Shown here: positions 61,382 to 64,000 of the stretch, piece by piece
Position numbering within the stretch: position 1 is the stretch's first letter
How the letters are laid out: the number at the start of each line of letters is the position of its first letter
Assembly (NCBI RefSeq): GCF_009914755.1
Contig: NC_060929.1
Direction: 5' to 3' (one strand)
DNA from: the human T2T-CHM13v2.0 reference genome, Homo sapiens
DNA length: 64,000 nt
Notes under the pieces: generated by a model
Seen by the model: the letters and a program-made list of their open reading frames with translations, nothing else
What the model was told of the DNA's origin: nothing
The model's database searches: none
Translations under genes and position numbers: made by a program

Positions 61382-62029
61382 AAAAATAGATTTTTCTGAG
61401 CCCCTAAACTTCCCGGGAAGTTTCTTTTATATTTGTGTTGTATAATCTCTTCCTCAATCTCTAGCCATAATCTCTAACCTGACCTTTCCTCCTGTCCCTC
61501 CACTCCAGGTGTTATTAATGTGCTGAAGTAGCTCTCTGTTTCTGTCACTCCTTGGCTTAAAGGCTCTGATGATTCCCTCAAGTCTACTGGTTAATATCCA
61601 AATGTTTTAGCCCAATCCATAGTCAATTTCTCAAATTCTAACTAGAAAAGGGCTCTTTTTCCAAGGCTAGAGATAACAGGCAAAGGATTGGAGATGATAA
61701 AACAAAATTGAGGTTTAGGAAGGAAAGCTGGGAGTTTCACATTAGATGGCTTTACTATTCCTGGTAAGGTAGATGGTGGAAAGTCAGCAGGAGGGATTTG
61801 GGAGCTTGAACGGGGGGAGACAACCAAAGCGAAAATTCAAAATGGATTAAAAAGTTTGCAGAGTAGCACTAAGGAGTCCTTTGAAGGATATTGAGATAAC
61901 CCTAGGATAAGGGATATCCCTAGTACATTGTTACTTTATTCTAAATAAATGCCTTTCATTTAATAGATGTTCAAAAATGTTGAATGAGGAAAGTAAGCAA
62001 AGCATTATAAAAGCTCTACAGAAGCCCTA

Positions 62030-62520
62030 GAAGGAAGTGATTAAGAACATGGCCTCGAGCCAAAATCTGAGCACCATCACTTAGAGCTCGGTACCTCTGT
62101 GCCTTAGTGTCCTTATCAGGAAAGTAATAATATGATACCTACTTTGTAAGGTTATTATAAGGATTTACAGTTAAATATGTGTATATAAATCACCTAAATT
62201 ATGCCAGCCATATGGTAAGCACTCTGTATGTTTGCTGTCTTTATTATCATCAGTATTATTACAGTAAATATGCAGCTAATTAAAAAATTGACCAGAAGTA
62301 TGGTACATATTAATAGATAAAGTACCAGATACTATAGTAGATACAAAACCAGAAGACTTCATCTTGGGGCTCTTTTGAGCTGCCATGTAATGTCCGTGAC
62401 CTTGGGCATGTTATTTAATGTTCTGCAACCTCAAGAGTACCTGTCCCTTGTTACATGGTTGTAGTGAGAGTCAAAGGAGATTAGTGTGAAAGTGCTTTAT
62501 ACACCATAAAGGACAACAGA
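62030..62520 (+). mobile_element. Two MIR fragments
   Basis: cctctgtgccttagtgtccttatc...atacctactttgtaagg and gtgaccttgggcatgttatttaa. Confidence 0.65.
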
Positions 62521-62657
62521 CATACAAGCTACCCATCAGGAAATAATACACCTGTATTAGTTTGTTTGGTTCATGTACCAATTCCCTTAGCCCTACAAAT
62601 TCTGAGGATCAGATTGTCAAATTTATGCATTTTAAATACATGTTAGATAATCTCTGC

Positions 62658-62688
62658 AAAAAACAAACAAACAAACAAACAAACAAAC
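62658..62688 (+). repeat. (AAAC)n microsatellite
   Basis: aaacaaacaaacaaacaaacaaacaaac. Confidence 0.9.
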
Positions 62689-64000
62689 CATGCTGCTGTA
62701 GATTTCAGGATAAGAGAAAAGCTTTCTCTTGTTTGAGAAGATACAGTGATGATGGGTAGAGCGAGTCACTGAGTCTGAGGTCTTTTGGTGGAGGAAGGAA
62801 GAAAACAATTTTCTAGGGAACAGGAGCATGAAAAAACCCACCAAATTTGAATGGCATGGCATATGTATGTAATGACTAAGAGGTGTGTACTCACAAAATC
62901 AGCTTCTCCTTTTTCTTAAACCCACTTCTCCATAACCAGGCCGCCTGCTGCTGCACCAGGAATTTACTGCTGTGAGCAACTATAAACATTGTGTTAATGG
63001 TAGCACTGCCTGAGAACAGTCATTTGAGAGTGCAGTGTGTACAGTTTCAGGCCAGAGACAATATTTTCTGCCCTCTACACACCACAGGGCACACACTGTA
63101 ATCTGATATAGGGTAAAGGTACTTTAATAATTATTATCATTAAAAGCAAACAACTCCACAGATCAATGCCTCTTTTAAAACATGTTTTCTAATCTCTGTT
63201 TCCTCTCAGATGTATGGTTATTGTCCACCTGGACAGGCCCCAAAGTGACAGCCAGAAATCTGCCTCCACCACCCCTTCTGCTGTTCCTGCCATCATATTT
63301 AATTGTGTTTGCTCAACTCGAAGCCAAACTCATATGCAGTATATTCAGATGGTTAAAATAGCACAGCACTGCGCTGTATTCACAGATTATTTTCAACACC
63401 ACAGTTCTTGGGAATTAGTTTGGAATAAATAAGGTAAAGAGAAAAGAAGCAACATAAATTTGTTCCAGTGACAAAGAAAACAATATCAAAATGTCAATCT
63501 GGAGTTTCGCCATGAATGAGGGAAGGGAGAGCTCCTTTTGGTCCACTCTCCTGCAAATGCAATCACCATCTCATTCTCTAGTCTGGATTTATTTTAAAGT
63601 GGGTGAGAACAAAAGCAAAAAACTAATAGTAAGAAACTGTGAAAAGTACCTTTATTATTTCAAAAGATCAATGTACAATCACTGTACTTATTCTTAGATA
63701 GCATCAAAAGTAAAGGTGTAGAACTGATATATATGTTGATTTTCTGAAACTCTAGGGAGTCATTATTTTTCACAATAGCAAACTTTCTAAATTGAAACAC
63801 ATATATCATTAGTATATATTCAGGATCTGTTTTCTGAGGTCTTGGCTGCTATATACTTCTTCAAATCCCTCAAAATAATCACTCATAATTAGTTTACAAA
63901 GGCTTGGTTGGATACTGTTATCAGCTAACTCCACCTTAAAGTTTTCTACTTGCATTTTTTGTATCATTTAACAAACACAAACTCTGTCATCCAAATGTCA

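Overview
AT-rich primate (most likely human) genomic DNA, intergenic or deep-intronic. I find no credible protein-coding gene: the longer ORFs in the track are fragments of Alu, L1, L2 or ERV/MaLR repeats, and the rest look like chance ORFs. About half the window is transposon-derived. This includes about 17 Alu/FLAM copies, a near full-length L1PB-type LINE carrying an ectopic copy of its own ORF2 inside ORF1, a 5'-inverted (twin-primed) L1PA, a complete THE1 MaLR provirus, six solo ERV1 LTRs within ~21.5 kb, an LTR16, Tigger/MER DNA transposons, and old L1M, L2 and MIR relics. The unique DNA holds regulatory-looking islands: an RFX X-box module at ~1 kb, tandem CTCF-like motifs at ~12.8 kb and a bHLH-rich island at ~63 kb. 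It also holds a candidate minus-strand spliced, polyadenylated non-coding transcript (exons near 48.3, 44.8 and 44.2 kb). I see no clear evidence of a wholly new biological system. The best leads are an LTR-wired lncRNA/enhancer unit and several templated-mutation scars. Repeat subfamily names come from recall of consensus sequences and need RepeatMasker/Dfam confirmation.
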